Below are positions 21,554 to 33,964 of a stretch of 64,000 bases of DNA, piece by piece. Position numbers and translations under genes: made by a program. The notes beneath the pieces were generated by a model. That model did no database searches. It saw only the letters and a program-made list of their open reading frames with translations, and was not told the origin of the DNA. The first letter of the stretch is position 1, and each line of letters starts with the position of its first letter. Where the stretch lies: positions 124,001 through 188,000 of the forward strand of contig NIVC01002017.1 of NCBI GenBank assembly GCA_002269645.1, read 5' to 3'. This stretch comes from Macrostomum lignano (taxonomy: Eukaryota).

Positions 21554-22793
21554 ATGAGCTCCAAGGGCAAGTACACCTACTATTACTTCAATGTTCGAGG
21601 CAGAGGCGAGTTCATCCGCTGGATTCTGGCTGCCAGCGGCCTGCCATGGGAGGACAAACGATTTGAGATGCAGGAGTGGCAGACTTTGAAGCCAAGTGAG
21701 TGCTTTTGTGTTGCTTGCATTTTTTAATTAAAATATCAATTGAATAGAAACAAAATGATGACGTAATAGATGTACGAGCATTGCAGTCGCAGTAGATAAG
21801 GTTAAGTTTAGTATATAGTGCGGTATTTAAATTTTTTTTAAATATTGAAACTAAAAGCTTATGAAAGCGCATTCAGTAGATGTTTACGTCAAGGCAAGCT
21901 TCGCTGCTGCATTCGATAGATGTTTTGAGATGCTTCAGGAGATACTTTCGGTTGAGTATGCTTAATTTCACAAAGTAGGGTAGATTCTGCAGAATAGATC
22001 GCAGATTCAGTAGAGCAGATCGCAGATTTGGCAAAGCAGATCGCAGATTTGGCAAAGCAGATCGCAGATTTGGCAAAGCAGATGCAGATTCGGTAAAGCA
22101 GATCGCAGATTCTGCAGAGCAGATCGCAGATTCGGTAGAGGAGATCGCAGATTCGGCAAAGCGTGACCCCTAACCGTCCCCGCACCCCAGCTATCCCCGG
22201 CAACGCGGTGCCCTACCTGGTCACTCCCGAGGGCTACCAGCTCCGCCAAAGCGAGGCCATCGCCCGCTACGTGGCCAAGAAGGGCGGCCTCGTTCCCACA
22301 GACGACCTGGCCGCTTACAAATGCGACGCCATCGTTGACACGGTCATGATTGACATGTTCGACGCCTTGGTGAAGTTCATGCCGCTCAAGTCGCCGGAGG
22401 AGCGAGCCAAGGGCTTCCAGAACTGGAACGAGCTGGCCGGGCCGAAGTTCTACGGCATTATCGATCAGTGGGTGAAGGAGAGCCGCTCGGGCTATTTGGT
22501 CGGCGATAGGGTGAGTAAAGCTCTGCTCCGCACTGCTCTACTTATAGTAGGCGAGCTAGGAATATGTACCGACTCTTTATCCAAGAAACGCGAATAGCCC
22601 TTTATCCAATGCGCAGATGACCTGGGCTGACCTCACCGTGGCCTGCATCGTGAACAGCCTGGAACTCATCGATGAGATCAAGGCCAGCCAGGACGCCTAC
22701 CCGGACGTGAAGGCCTTCGCAGAGGGGATCGCTCAGTCGGGCAAAGTGCAGGACTACCTGAAGACCAGGCCTGCCGGCATGTTCCAGTTCTGA
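21554..22793 (+). CDS. Sigma-class glutathione S-transferase, copy 1 (3 coding exons)
   Basis: Exons 21554-21695, 22191-22510 and 22617-22793. Motifs YYFNVRGRGEFIRWIL, WEDKR, PGNAVPYL, QSEAIARY, YLVGDRMTWADL and YLKTRP. Canonical GT-AG introns. Confidence 0.93.
21990..22160. repeat. 21-bp minisatellite (AGATCGCAGATTYGGCAAAGC)n at the 3' end of GST1 intron 1
   Basis: Visible tandem units; a homologous, more diverged array lies at ~26196-26395 in GST2. Confidence 0.9.
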
Positions 22794-23355
22794 TCGACTT
22801 TTGACAAAGAGTCAGTTCTATATCAGTAGTACGTGTAAAACTGCTGCATTGGCTGTCCTGCTATACCAATGATTCAAAGAATGAAAATTGGCACCTCAGA
22901 AGTACTTGATTGTTTAAAACAGGGTTAAAATAAGCATCCAATACAACACTGAAGCAACCCTCGATCTCAATCGGATTGCTGCACTGGGATACTAGACAAC
23001 TCCTTTTTGAGGAAGAATTAATCCACTGTATACTGAAAATGAGTTGTCTGCGTCTTCTATCTTTTGTATGCTCAAAATACGAGTATACTGAAATTTTGCC
23101 ATGGTAGTAAAGTTGTCGTTGTTAAGCATATGGTAGTTGAAGAGGTAGGGCAGAGGTAAAGCTCTTGGTCAACTTTAAAATTCTTTTAAAATATGGTACT
23201 CAAATACTAAATACCTAAGGTACTTTGAAGATAACCTCGAGTTCAGAATTCAATACATGCGGCGACCGAAGAAAGGAGCAGAGAGCAGCACTGAGCGGTA
23301 AACGCGTCTGACTCGCGCGCTGAAACCCCTGGCTCGATTCCGTGCGCGGCTCCTC

Positions 23356-23510
23356 ATTCATTTGGGGCTTTCTTGCGATTCGCACCCATGAGAGCCAGCC
23401 CCCAAGGCACAGAGAGTGTGCATGCTTGATGATTCATTTGGGGCTTTCTTGCGATTCGCACCCATGAGAGCCAGCCCCCAAGGCACAGAGAGTGTGCATG
23501 CTTGATGATT
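23356..23510. repeat. Perfect two-copy tandem duplication, period 76 bp
   Basis: attcatttggggctttcttgcgattcgc...catgcttgatg is repeated directly. Confidence 0.92.
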
Positions 23511-25815
23511 AGGCAGTCAGGGCTGCTGTACACCCTGTGTGAGCGTGTGCATGAGTGCACGCCTGTGTATAGCATTTGCGCGCTTGCATGTGCTCAACAA
23601 GCAACAACAACAAACTACAACAGCCCTGGACAAGCCAAGCAGGGTTGCTGTCAAGCGCAGAGTTGCGCAGAACAGCGAGTCCGCGAGTGTCAGAAATCTC
23701 TGCGTCTCTTAGAAGAGCAGATGTCGACAAAACGCAGACTTCTCGCCTGACCAAGCCCCCGCGGCCCTTGAAGGGAGAGCAGCAGCGCGTTCTAAAGCGG
23801 CTCAGGTCAGTGCTGCTCTGCTCGGATGACATGGCCGGCCAGCTGTAGCCCGACGGTATAGCTCGTCATTGCTGGTGTTGGTGGTGGCGGTAGTGGACAC
23901 CGAAGCGGCTCTCAGGAGTCAAGCGTGAGTGGCGGCAGTAGATCTCAGCTGGGAGGTCCGTCGGTACGGTCAGCACCGACGGACTCAGGTTATCACTATG
24001 TGCTCAGAAGTCAGCTGAATGGTCGGAACTGTCATACCGTTGGTTGTGCAGGAGGCTGTGAGAAGATGTCACCTTAGGCGTTGCACCAAAGTGGCCACAG
24101 CTTTCTTGCGATTATTATTTTTTATCGCTGCCAAAAAAGAAATTCCGCTCAATTTTTTCTGACCTGCTGTCCTCGTTCTGAGCTGCGCGAATGTGATTCT
24201 TCAATACTCAGCAATACCACAGTATCGTTATGGTGCTAAAATGTGCTTAAAGCCAATTCCTTCTCTGCTTCAAAGTAGATGCTGGTCGATTGTCAAAGCA
24301 AACTAGCAGCACCTGTGGCCTTCGTGGGACCCCTTGGACAAAGGTGCACAGTCCCAACGCTGATGAACTTTATAATATCAGCATTTTGTCAGAATGGCAT
24401 TCGTGAAGTGTTCTGAGTGTACAAGCACTGGGATGAAGATCTTAATGCTGAGTAAGAGTGTTCGATAGTGTGAGAGCGATTTGATATCTCAAAAAACCCT
24501 TACAACTAATTGCTCTCGGTTGGTTTCTGATCTAGTCGAGGGCCTTGCAATTTCTGATGTGGCGGTCTGCTGGTTGTTGATGAGAGCGTAGCGGACTTTC
24601 TGATCCGCCAGCTGCTTCGTCTGCTTGAACAGTAAGCATTTTATGTATAAAATGGTGTACTGCTCCGGAAAACTCCTACCACTGCTCAGACAGATGAGGC
24701 ACATGCAGTCTCGATTTTTCATTAATTTCAACTGTCCGTACCATGCAGCCAGCGCATTGCTCTCAGGGACTACTAAAAATACTATAAGGACGGGAAACTA
24801 AAAAGATGAAAGCCCGATCTATTATAGTAGCAATGAGTCTTCGCAAATTATCACCTGGATGGGTTTTACCTTGTACTGCAGCCAGTGAGTCTGTGTCTGT
24901 GGTAAAAGCTATATCCATAGTAGTGCTTTTCGAGGACTAAGATATTAATAGATCGGCCTCCCAACTTTTGTAGTTTCCCTTCCTTAGTATTGAGTAAGTC
25001 CCTGTACTGGTCTGTGCAGGCGACTCTTATATTGTACAATACGTTCGGATAGATTGGGCTCAATGTCTTGTTTAACTGCAAGCAAAATTACAATTTATCG
25101 TAATTAGCTATCAAATAATGGCCCATCCTACTCGCGAGTAGAGAGAATGCAGGTTTCTGCTATGATCACAGAAGAATTAGCTGAGTAGGACTTCGCTGAG
25201 AATTTAATCGCTTCTTTTATCAGCTTCTCATAGAAATGGTCCACTTTACCTCTGCAAATTTTCTTGCTGAGAGGGTATAGATATAAGTTGAGCATTAATA
25301 TGTATTTTTGATAAGACAAAGTCAACGGTGTCGGCTAGGACCTTGTCTATTTAACTCAAGACAGCAGAGCGAAAGCGTAAGCAACTGACGCCAGGAAAAT
25401 TCCAAGATGAAGGAGAGTTTTGCTTGAATGTACAAGAGGACAATTATACTGAGTAGGCAAAGAGAGACAGACAGGGTCAGAGACAAGTTCAGAGACTGAG
25501 GTGGGGCAACTCAACTGTCTCTCAACTGCTCTTCGTCAACCCAGGAAATGCAAAAGCAACTCAGAAAGAACAGGGTCTGGAGTAGAGAATTAAAGTTAGT
25601 AAAAAATCTTTCTCCCCTTCTGTAAAGACAGAACGGCTCACTCTGCACAGTTACTATGGAAACGGATTGACCCTATAAGCACGAATTGTATGTGCCCAGG
25701 TGTGTGTAAGAGAAAAAAGACAGATAAAGTAATAAAACTGTGAGCTCCTGCCGAAATTGCTACCAGACTGCTAAGCAATAATCTCAGAAAAATCTAGCAC
25801 TGACCAGCAGCCGTC

Positions 25816-27027
25816 ATGAGCTCCAAGGGCAAGTACACCTACTATTACTTCAACATTCGAGCCAGGGGCGAGTTTATCCGCTGGATTCTGGCTGCCAGTG
25901 GCCTGCCATGGGAGGACCGGCGAATTGAGATGCAGGAGTGGCAGAATTTGAAGCCAAGTGAGTGCTTTTGTGTATGCTTGCAATTTTTTGTAAAAATATT
26001 GAACGATAACACAATACATGTAGAGTCAGTAAATAAGCTTTAGTTCAGTAAAGTACAGTATACACGTATTGCAAAATTTGTAATACAAAAATTGTAACTA
26101 TAAGCTTACATGAAAACTGTTGTATTCAGTAGATGTTTTGAGATGTTTCAGAAGATACTTTCGGTTGAGTATAATAATTTCCCAAAGTAGGGTAGATTCG
26201 GCAGAGCAGATCGCAGATTCGGCAGAAAGGATCGCAGATTCGGTAAAGTGGATCGCACACTAAGCAGAGTCGATCGCAGATTCGGTAGAGTGGATCGCAG
26301 ATTCGGCAGAATGGATCGCAAGTTCGGTAGAGTAGATCTCAGATTCGGTAAAGCGGATTGCACACTCGACAGAGCAGATCCCAGATTCGGCAAAGCGTGA
26401 CCCCTAACCGTCCCCGCACCCCAGCTATCCCCGGCAACGCGGTGCCCTACCTGGTCACTCCCGAGGGCTACCAGCTCCGCCAAAGCGAGGCCATCGCCCG
26501 CTACGTGGCCAAGAAGGGCGGCCTCGTTCCCACAGACGACCTGGCCGCTTACAAATGCGACGCCATCGTTGACACGGTCATGATTGACATGTTCGACGCC
26601 GTGGTGAAGTTCATGCCGCTCAAGTCGCCGGAGGAGCGAGCCAAGGGCTTCCAGAACTGGAACGAGCTGGCCGGGCCGAAGTTCTACGGCATTATCGATC
26701 AGTGGGTGAAGGAGAGCCGCTCGGGCTATTTGGTCGGCGATAGGGTGAGTAAAGCTCTGCTCCGCACTGCTCTACTTATAGTAGGCGAGCTAGGAATATG
26801 TACCGACTCTTTATCCAAGAAACGCGAATAGCTCTTTATCCAATGCGCAGATGACCTGGGCTGACCTCACCGTGGCCTGCATCGTGAACAGCCTGGAACT
26901 CATCGATGAGATCAAGGCCAGCCAGGACGCCTACCCGGACGTGAAGGCCTTCGCAGAGCGGATCGCTCAGTCGGGCAAAGTGCAGGACTACCTGAAGACC
27001 AGGCCTGCCGGCTTGTTCCAGTTCTGA
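25816..27027 (+). CDS. Sigma-class glutathione S-transferase, copy 2 (3 coding exons)
   Basis: Exons 25816-25957, 26425-26744 and 26851-27027. Same exon sizes and phases as copy 1; the upstream region (~25470-25800) is homologous to ~21160-21540. Confidence 0.93.
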
Positions 27028-27655
27028 TGGACGAGCTGCTCGTTGACAGATCCTCTAGTGACTGTAGGTCCTATTTTTCATCTTAAAAACTGAATTACAC
27101 GTACACGTAGCTTACAGCATAAATTATAAGAAATTATGAGTACTACATTAACTTGTTATTTATTAACTTTGAGCCTGAGCTGTTGATAATCTTAAACACC
27201 TTAGCCTGAATGAAGTAGTTAGCCGCACGTAGACACAAGTAAATTCACTAACAATTGAATTGCTTATAGTTGGCGAAATATATTGAAATATATTTCGATA
27301 AATTGTATCAGATTCCTACGCTGGTGCATCCACGCTCTAGCTGTTGTCATTTTTACTTTATAATTTATCATCTGATAAATGTTAGATACAAAACAACATG
27401 GCACCAATTCCACCTCCTATAAATTGGAAGCATCTTAATTTCAAACAAGCTTCATTTCCTGTCGGATTTTCTAGTCATCATGATCACTGCGACGATGCAT
27501 CTCTGGATGAATTTATGCGTTGGTTGGATAGATACGTGTATATTCTTCTGCACTATATATTTGACTGTTAATGCTATTGTAGAAACATTACTATGCGTTT
27601 TCGTCTGTGACATTAGTTGGCGCCGGAAGGAGTCGAGGTCGGGGAGAGTGAGAAC

Positions 27656-27923
27656 CAGGGGCGGATTTAGGGGGGGGGGGGGCGGCCCCCCCCCCCCAAA
27701 ATAGCTTAACCGAACATATTGCGCCCCCCAAAAAACCTAAATTTGCACCCCTAAGCTTGATTTTTCGCCCCCAAACGCCTTTTTAGCGCACCTAAGCTTG
27801 ATTTTTCGCCCCTACGCGCATTTTTTGCGCCCCCTAGCTTAAAAATTGGCGCCCCTTACACTCGTGTTGGCGCCCCAAACTTGGACCGCCCCCCCCCCAA
27901 ATGAAACTTTGGATCCGCCACTG
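27656..27923. mobile_element. 268-bp non-autonomous DNA transposon (MITE), hAT-type
   Basis: TIRs CAGGGGCGGAT / ATCCGCCACTG (10/11 match). Perfect 8-bp TSD GTGAGAAC at 27648-27655 and 27924-27931. Confidence 0.92.
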
Positions 27924-29589
27924 GTGAGAACAGTGGTGTGGGGGCAAAGCCCCCACTTTCTACAATTAAATGTAAAAAAATTTTAGTGTAATGGTCCACA
28001 TCGACATTAATATGCACTGTAGTTTTTTTACCCTATAAAGAGAGAGACAGACAGAAGGTTTAAGAGAGCTGAGTAGAAAGACTTACATGTAGTAGATTTG
28101 ATTGCTGGCATCTTTCATTTACGCAAACAAAATCGCCATGGCTGACGCAGAGCCAACTACAGTGGGCTAAGTTCTGCCTCCTCTAGTTAACTACCGAGCT
28201 ATACCGAATGGTGAGAGATCAGGAGTGACATCCGACGAGTTCGACTTGAGTTGCACGTCATTCAGGCGAGACGGGAACCGCTATAGATTCTCCGAGAAAA
28301 CTGCTAGAGGATTTCGCTATCTTCAAGAGTTTATGAAGAACGTCAGTGAGAAATCAGGCCTTAGAAAAGGTGTACACCAACCGCTGCATACGGTAGGTAG
28401 TTTGACCTGTGCTTTTGCCCAGTCGCAATCCGATCGATATTCTTTCTGTCTGGTATTAACTGATTAACATAGGATTTCTCTGTTGAAAAGTTTCCCGGTG
28501 TTTTGCTAGCATCGAAAAATATAATTTACCCTTCGTTATTGTCACCGAAAGGGCATAGCAATGAATAACAATAATATTTTAATAGCAACGAGAAAATGCG
28601 CACAACTGAGTGCGATCGGACGCATTTGTTGTATATTTGAAATACACGAAAATTTATACACGCACTTGAGTACCTTTACAAGCAACAACATCGACATGGA
28701 CGTCTAACTCTAAGGGAAAACCCGGAATACTATAATTGATTTGTCTTTGCAAGCAACAAGCAAGGACCACTGTAGCATAACAGGACGTAAAACTCAATGA
28801 TTGTGTAATTTATTAGGAGGCCAATTTCCTGTAAAAAATACACTGCAGAGATAGGAAAAAATCATTTTTCATCAGACTCAATGATTGCATTTGATCTGGG
28901 GCAGTGAAGATTACTATTATTTCAATTTACCACGGACAGCATGTTACTCTGCTGCATTTTATATAGTTGTGTAGTGAAAGTTTCACTTTCATATTGTTTT
29001 CTTTTTTTTTCATAAGCTCATAATCTTTACTGCCCCAGATGAAAAAAAAAGATTTTTACTACCTCTGCAGTGTATTTTCAAGAAAAGTGTGCGTCCTCCA
29101 AAAATGATACGAACGGAGTTTTGAGTCCTGTCCTTTGCAACAATATTGACATGGATGTCTAACTCTAAGGGAAAGCCCGGCCCAATCTGATTCACCAATA
29201 TTGTTGAGCTAAGTATCAATTACCATGCGCTCCTGGTTGGCTCCAACCACCCTTAAAATACCGACTGGAAACGACAGACTTCAACGCTATTAAGAATACA
29301 CAAAGACAAATAATAGCTTCTAAATATTGATATCTACACTCATTTTTACGACGGATTAAAACATCATTGCAACAGAATGATAAAAAGCGCTTGATTGAAT
29401 ACTGAATCGAAAAAAATGAACAAAAAATATAACTGTTACCAGTCTGTTCCAACTGAGACAAAAAATCTAACCTAAACAATAAACTAAGAATAACATTGAG
29501 AGCTCGCTGTCGCTCTTCAAGTAAACAGTGATGCGATTTAAAAAGCATCAGTCCAAAAAATGGCGCGAACGTTCCTGTTGGCTCCCCCA

Positions 29590-29855
29590 CCTCACTCCTG
29601 CACCCAACTCACTACTCACCCCCCCTCACTCCTCACCCACGTCTCTCCTTACCCAACCTCACTCCTCACCCACCTCACTCCTTACCCACCTCACTCCTCA
29701 CCCACCTCACTCCTTACCCACCTCACTCCTCACCCACCTCACTCCCCACCCCCCTCATTCCTCACCCCCTCACTCCTCACCCACGTCACTCCTTACCCAA
29801 CCTCACTCCTCACCCACCTCACTCCTCACCCCCTCATTCCTTACCCACCTCAGTT
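29590..29855. repeat. Degenerate C-rich repeat (CCTCACTC/CTTACCCA units) just 3' of the PP2C stop codon
   Basis: Visible low-complexity array; G-rich on the PP2C sense strand. Confidence 0.9.
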
Positions 29856-29862
29856 CCATTAG

Positions 29863-32260
29863 TCACATAGGCAGGTAGACGCTGCGAGACTTGGGAGGCC
29901 TGGCGCAGGCCTGAAACAGATGCCTGCTGCCTTTCCGATGCAGGAAGCCGATAATCATGACGGTCATATTGTCGCAGCCGAGGCCGCTATTGTGACAGTC
30001 GGGAGCCAGGCACTGCATCATCAGGTCTTCGCACACCTGCGGCAAAAAATGCGCAGTTCAGAGGACGAGAGTAACTTCTTTGACAACGACAGGAACGACA
30101 TCCGGCCGGGATCGAACCCCCACTCTAGCCACATCCGGGATCGAATCCTCACTCTTACCACATCCGGGATCGAACCCCCACTCTTACCACATCCGGGATC
30201 GAATCCTCACTCTTACCAAATCCGGGATCGAACCCTCACCCTTACCACATCCGGGATCGAACCCCCACTCTTACCACGTCCGGGTCCATCTCCTGGGCCA
30301 ATCGGACACGAACAAAGTTCACCACCTCCTGATTGGTGAGCACGTCCCAGATGCCGTCACACGCCAGCACGATGAATTCAACATCGGGTGTCACGTCGTT
30401 CACGGTGACGTCAGGCTTCGCTGATGTAGAAGATCAGATGACATATAGATGTAGGGACACTTTCAAACAAAAGATAAATAAGCGACCTCAAAGCGTCAAA
30501 GCCTAACAAAAGGCCTGTAATTATTGTATCAATGAATCCGGGTAATGAGTGTTGCAAATAAACAGTTTCTCAGCACACCTGTTCCACTGATTTCTTGCAG
30601 GCTTTCGTTTCAGTCAGTGATGACAGAGCAGGATCTGTGTCAGATCTTGACTGAGTCCTTTGCACGAGCTAATTAACTGCTTCATTTTCAAATAGACAAA
30701 TCCCACTGACTCACTCTGAGTCCTAAAGTGTCGCAATGTCTAAAAATTTAAAGATTTAAGCCTTCCAGAGTCACAAAGGCACTTTCAAAGTAACAAAACG
30801 TCACTCTTGGTGTCGCTCTTATTTTGTCAAAATGCTCCCCTTTGTTAAAAGAGGAATATCACTCTCCCAGAGCACTCCCATGTCACTCACCTGTAACAAT
30901 CTGCTCCTCTGCGCTCTTCTTAGTGTTCCTTTTAAACACGAAATCGCCCAGCGCTCTGCTCAGCGCCAGATTGCCATTGACCCGGTTGAAGTCAACCCAG
31001 CCACCGGCAGCTTGAATCCGAGCTTTCTCCGTCTCATTGCTCGGCTTGTGATCTCTGCTGAGTTCCACGGCCAACCCGCAGACGCTCATCACGGCTCGGC
31101 TGTCGCCGGCGCTGGCGCACCAGACCCGGCCTTCGCGGAGAATGATGGCCAGCGCTGTGGAGCCCGCCAGCTCGTCTCTGGTCTCCTTGCAGTTCTGCAT
31201 CTCCTCGTCTAGCGCTAGGAAGCCCCGCTCCATTGCGGCACTGGGGTCAGCTGGGAATGACGGCTGCGCCAGGATCTTGCGATGCAGGTTGGCCGCCGCG
31301 TACTTGGCCACCTTGGGGTGTCCGGCGAAACCGGATTAATTTATCTAGAAACTTATCTAGTCTAGCTTTTTCACCAGAAAGCTTAGGCCAGAGATTCTCC
31401 CTCACCCCTAGAATCTCAGCCCAGAGATTCACTCTCTTCCCTTAGAAGCTCAGCCCCAGAGATTCACTCTCCCTCTAGAATCTTAGCCCCAGATATTCAT
31501 TCTCTCGCCTTAGAATCTCAGCCCAGAGATTCACTCTCTTGTCTGAGAATCTCAGCCCAGAGATTCACTCTCTCGCCTTAAAATCTCAGCCCAGAGATTC
31601 ACTCTCTTCCCTTAGAAGCTCAGCCCCAAAGATTCACTCTCGTCTTAGAATCTCAGCCCAAAGGTTCACTCTCTCGTTTTAGAATCTCGGCCCAAAGGTT
31701 CACTCTCCCGCTTTAGAATCTCAGCCCAGAGATTCACTCTCTCCCCTTAGAAGCTCAGCCCCAGAGATTCACTCTCTCGTCTTAGAAGCTAAGCCCAGAG
31801 ATTTACTCTCTCCCCTTAGAAGCTAAGCCCGAGATTTACTCTCTCCCCTTAGAATCTCAGCCCAGAGATTCACTCTCTCGCCTTAGAATCTCAGCCCAGA
31901 GATTCACTCTCTCCGCCAGAATCTCAGGGGCAGAGCAGTTATACCCAATGGAAGCTCCTACAGACGATTTATTGTAATTCATTCTTTTAACCAACTCCTT
32001 AAGCTTCGGAGCCCCATGGAATTGACAGATCAATAAGCAAACTGTCATTTAGACAGTGGGGTCACCTTGGAGCCGCCATGCCCATCAAAAACGGCAAAGT
32101 AAGCGGTGTCTAGGTGACCAGGCAGGCTGAGGAAGCTGGAATGCGCATCTTCCATGTGAACCCGCCAGCCCTGCATGTTGGATGTGCCAACAGTGAGGTC
32201 TGGACTGCGTTTCAATGATGTGTCCTTGTTTGTGACAGGCTCTGATAAGGTTTGGCCCAT
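29863..32260 (-). CDS. Protein phosphatase 2C (PPM family), 311 aa, 4 exons
   Basis: Exons 32260-32066, 31311-30891, 30420-30275 and 30036-29863 total 936 nt. MGQTLSEP N-terminus (myristoylation-like Gly2). Motifs MQGWRVHMEDAH, FDGHGG, GSTA, AGDSRAV, LALSRALGD, LACDGIWDV and GCDNMT. Confidence 0.95.
30105..30285 (-). repeat. 29-bp tandem repeat (6 units) spanning the PP2C exon 3 / intron 3 junction
   Basis: Sense unit GTAAGAGTGGGGGTTCGATCCCGGATGTG; copies at 29-bp spacing (30270, 30241, 30212, 30183, 30154, 30125). Confidence 0.93.
31385..31928. repeat. 32-34-bp minisatellite in PP2C intron 1 (~16 units)
   Basis: Unit CCCAGAGATTCACTCTCTCGCCTTAGAATCTCAG. Confidence 0.95.
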
Positions 32261-33964
32261 TGCAAACTGGCTGCCTAAGCATAAAATTGTTTTTGATCTG
32301 TCAAGTTAGAAATGATCAGAAAAAAACTAGAAAAGTTTTTCTGCATATAATCTTATAAAATTAAAAAATCAAAAACTATATCAATAGACTATTATAAGTC
32401 AATTGCAATACTCTCTCTATTTTCATATACTTTATATGAAAATAAAGTAAATGAAAATGGTAATGGTAAAGTAATGGTAAATGGTAAAGTAAATGAAAGT
32501 ATTATATTGTTAATTAAAAGAAAATGATTAAATTTGGTTTGCTTAGTATATAAATATAATCAAATGATTAGTTTTATTATATATGATATTTATTTTAATA
32601 TTTCTCTCAATGTAAAAATACTTAGATATTATTATTTCAAATTGAAAACATAGATTTTGTGCTTTACAAATAGCTAAGCTTAAATTAAAGTAAAAAAAGT
32701 AAGCTATAAATAAATATTGATTTTTTTACAAAAGAAAACATCTAAACTTAGTTAGAAACACTTTATTTTAAGCATAAGGAATGCCAAAGCTATTCTAATA
32801 GACTGAAAACAATGTCACTGGCATGCTCATAATATAAAAATGACATGAAGGAAGATAAATGATAAAGAAAATGCTTATCAACAATAAAGCAAATGTTGAT
32901 ATGATATCAATAATATCAGCACAAGGAAATAATATTGAGAAGGCCTAAAAACTGTAGTAGGTACTACAATGAATGGCCGAATCAATATTATTCATGCATA
33001 TAAATAAATGCACAAAAAACTTAAATACTCCTTTGAAGAGAGTGCTCTACAATTCGGATATTTTGAATAAAATCAGAAAATATATGACCGTTATACCTAG
33101 AATTGATGAAGCAACTATCAATATGGGGTAAATCATTCGCCAGTAACTAAAAGAACCCGTAAAAATACCCCTTTCTATTCTTAATTAATTATATATTTCA
33201 ATTTAGTCCTTCTCCCTAATTAGTTACAGTTAGTATAAGGGCAGTGAGGCCGGCTTACTATAAATCAGCTGCCAATTTTTATTTGCAAACAAATTATAAT
33301 TAAATTGCATCGGTGATGCATTATACATTACATACAACTTAAAACAAAAAAATAAGTTCCTAAAATTTAGCGCGTCTCTTTTTAATAATTGCTTGTTATT
33401 TTTTTATTGAATATCTTGAACAGAGTTATTGCCGTTATATGCGGATTACCAGAACTGTGGAGAACCATTCCAGTTTCGTCAATTAACCACGAATACTCTC
33501 GTACTAGTCTACTCTCGTGGATGCTAGTATTAGTTCTCACTACTCTCCTTGCAGATTATTAGCAGAACATACAGTGTAGTTTTGCAACTAACTTGCAGGG
33601 TCTTGCAGGGTCTTGATCCGCGGTACTTGATACGCGTCATGTGTTCATAAGAATAAATCTGCATGTTTGGCATTCATGCAAGACTATAGTCTCAGTTCGG
33701 CTGAATTGACTGGAACCATGCATATACTCATGTGGTCGATTGTACTCTGAGTGAGATAATTAAAGCAGCAAAAATGCACTAGATTCCAAAAATAGCAGGT
33801 ACAGCTTCGAGCAATATGTTCTTTACATACGCTCGTATCATTTTGCTGTGAAAATGAAAGTCTTCCTATAAAATTTTACCAACACAGTATCACTAGTAAA
33901 TAAACTACTACTATATTACTAAATAGTGACTACATATTTAGTTAGTGACTAGTATAACTGTATA

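Noticed and set aside
28683-29180. ~44-bp dispersed direct repeat (GACATGGAYGTCTAACTCTAAGGGAAA) at ~28683 and ~29136
   Set aside because: Too short and isolated to define an element; probably fragments of an old repeat.
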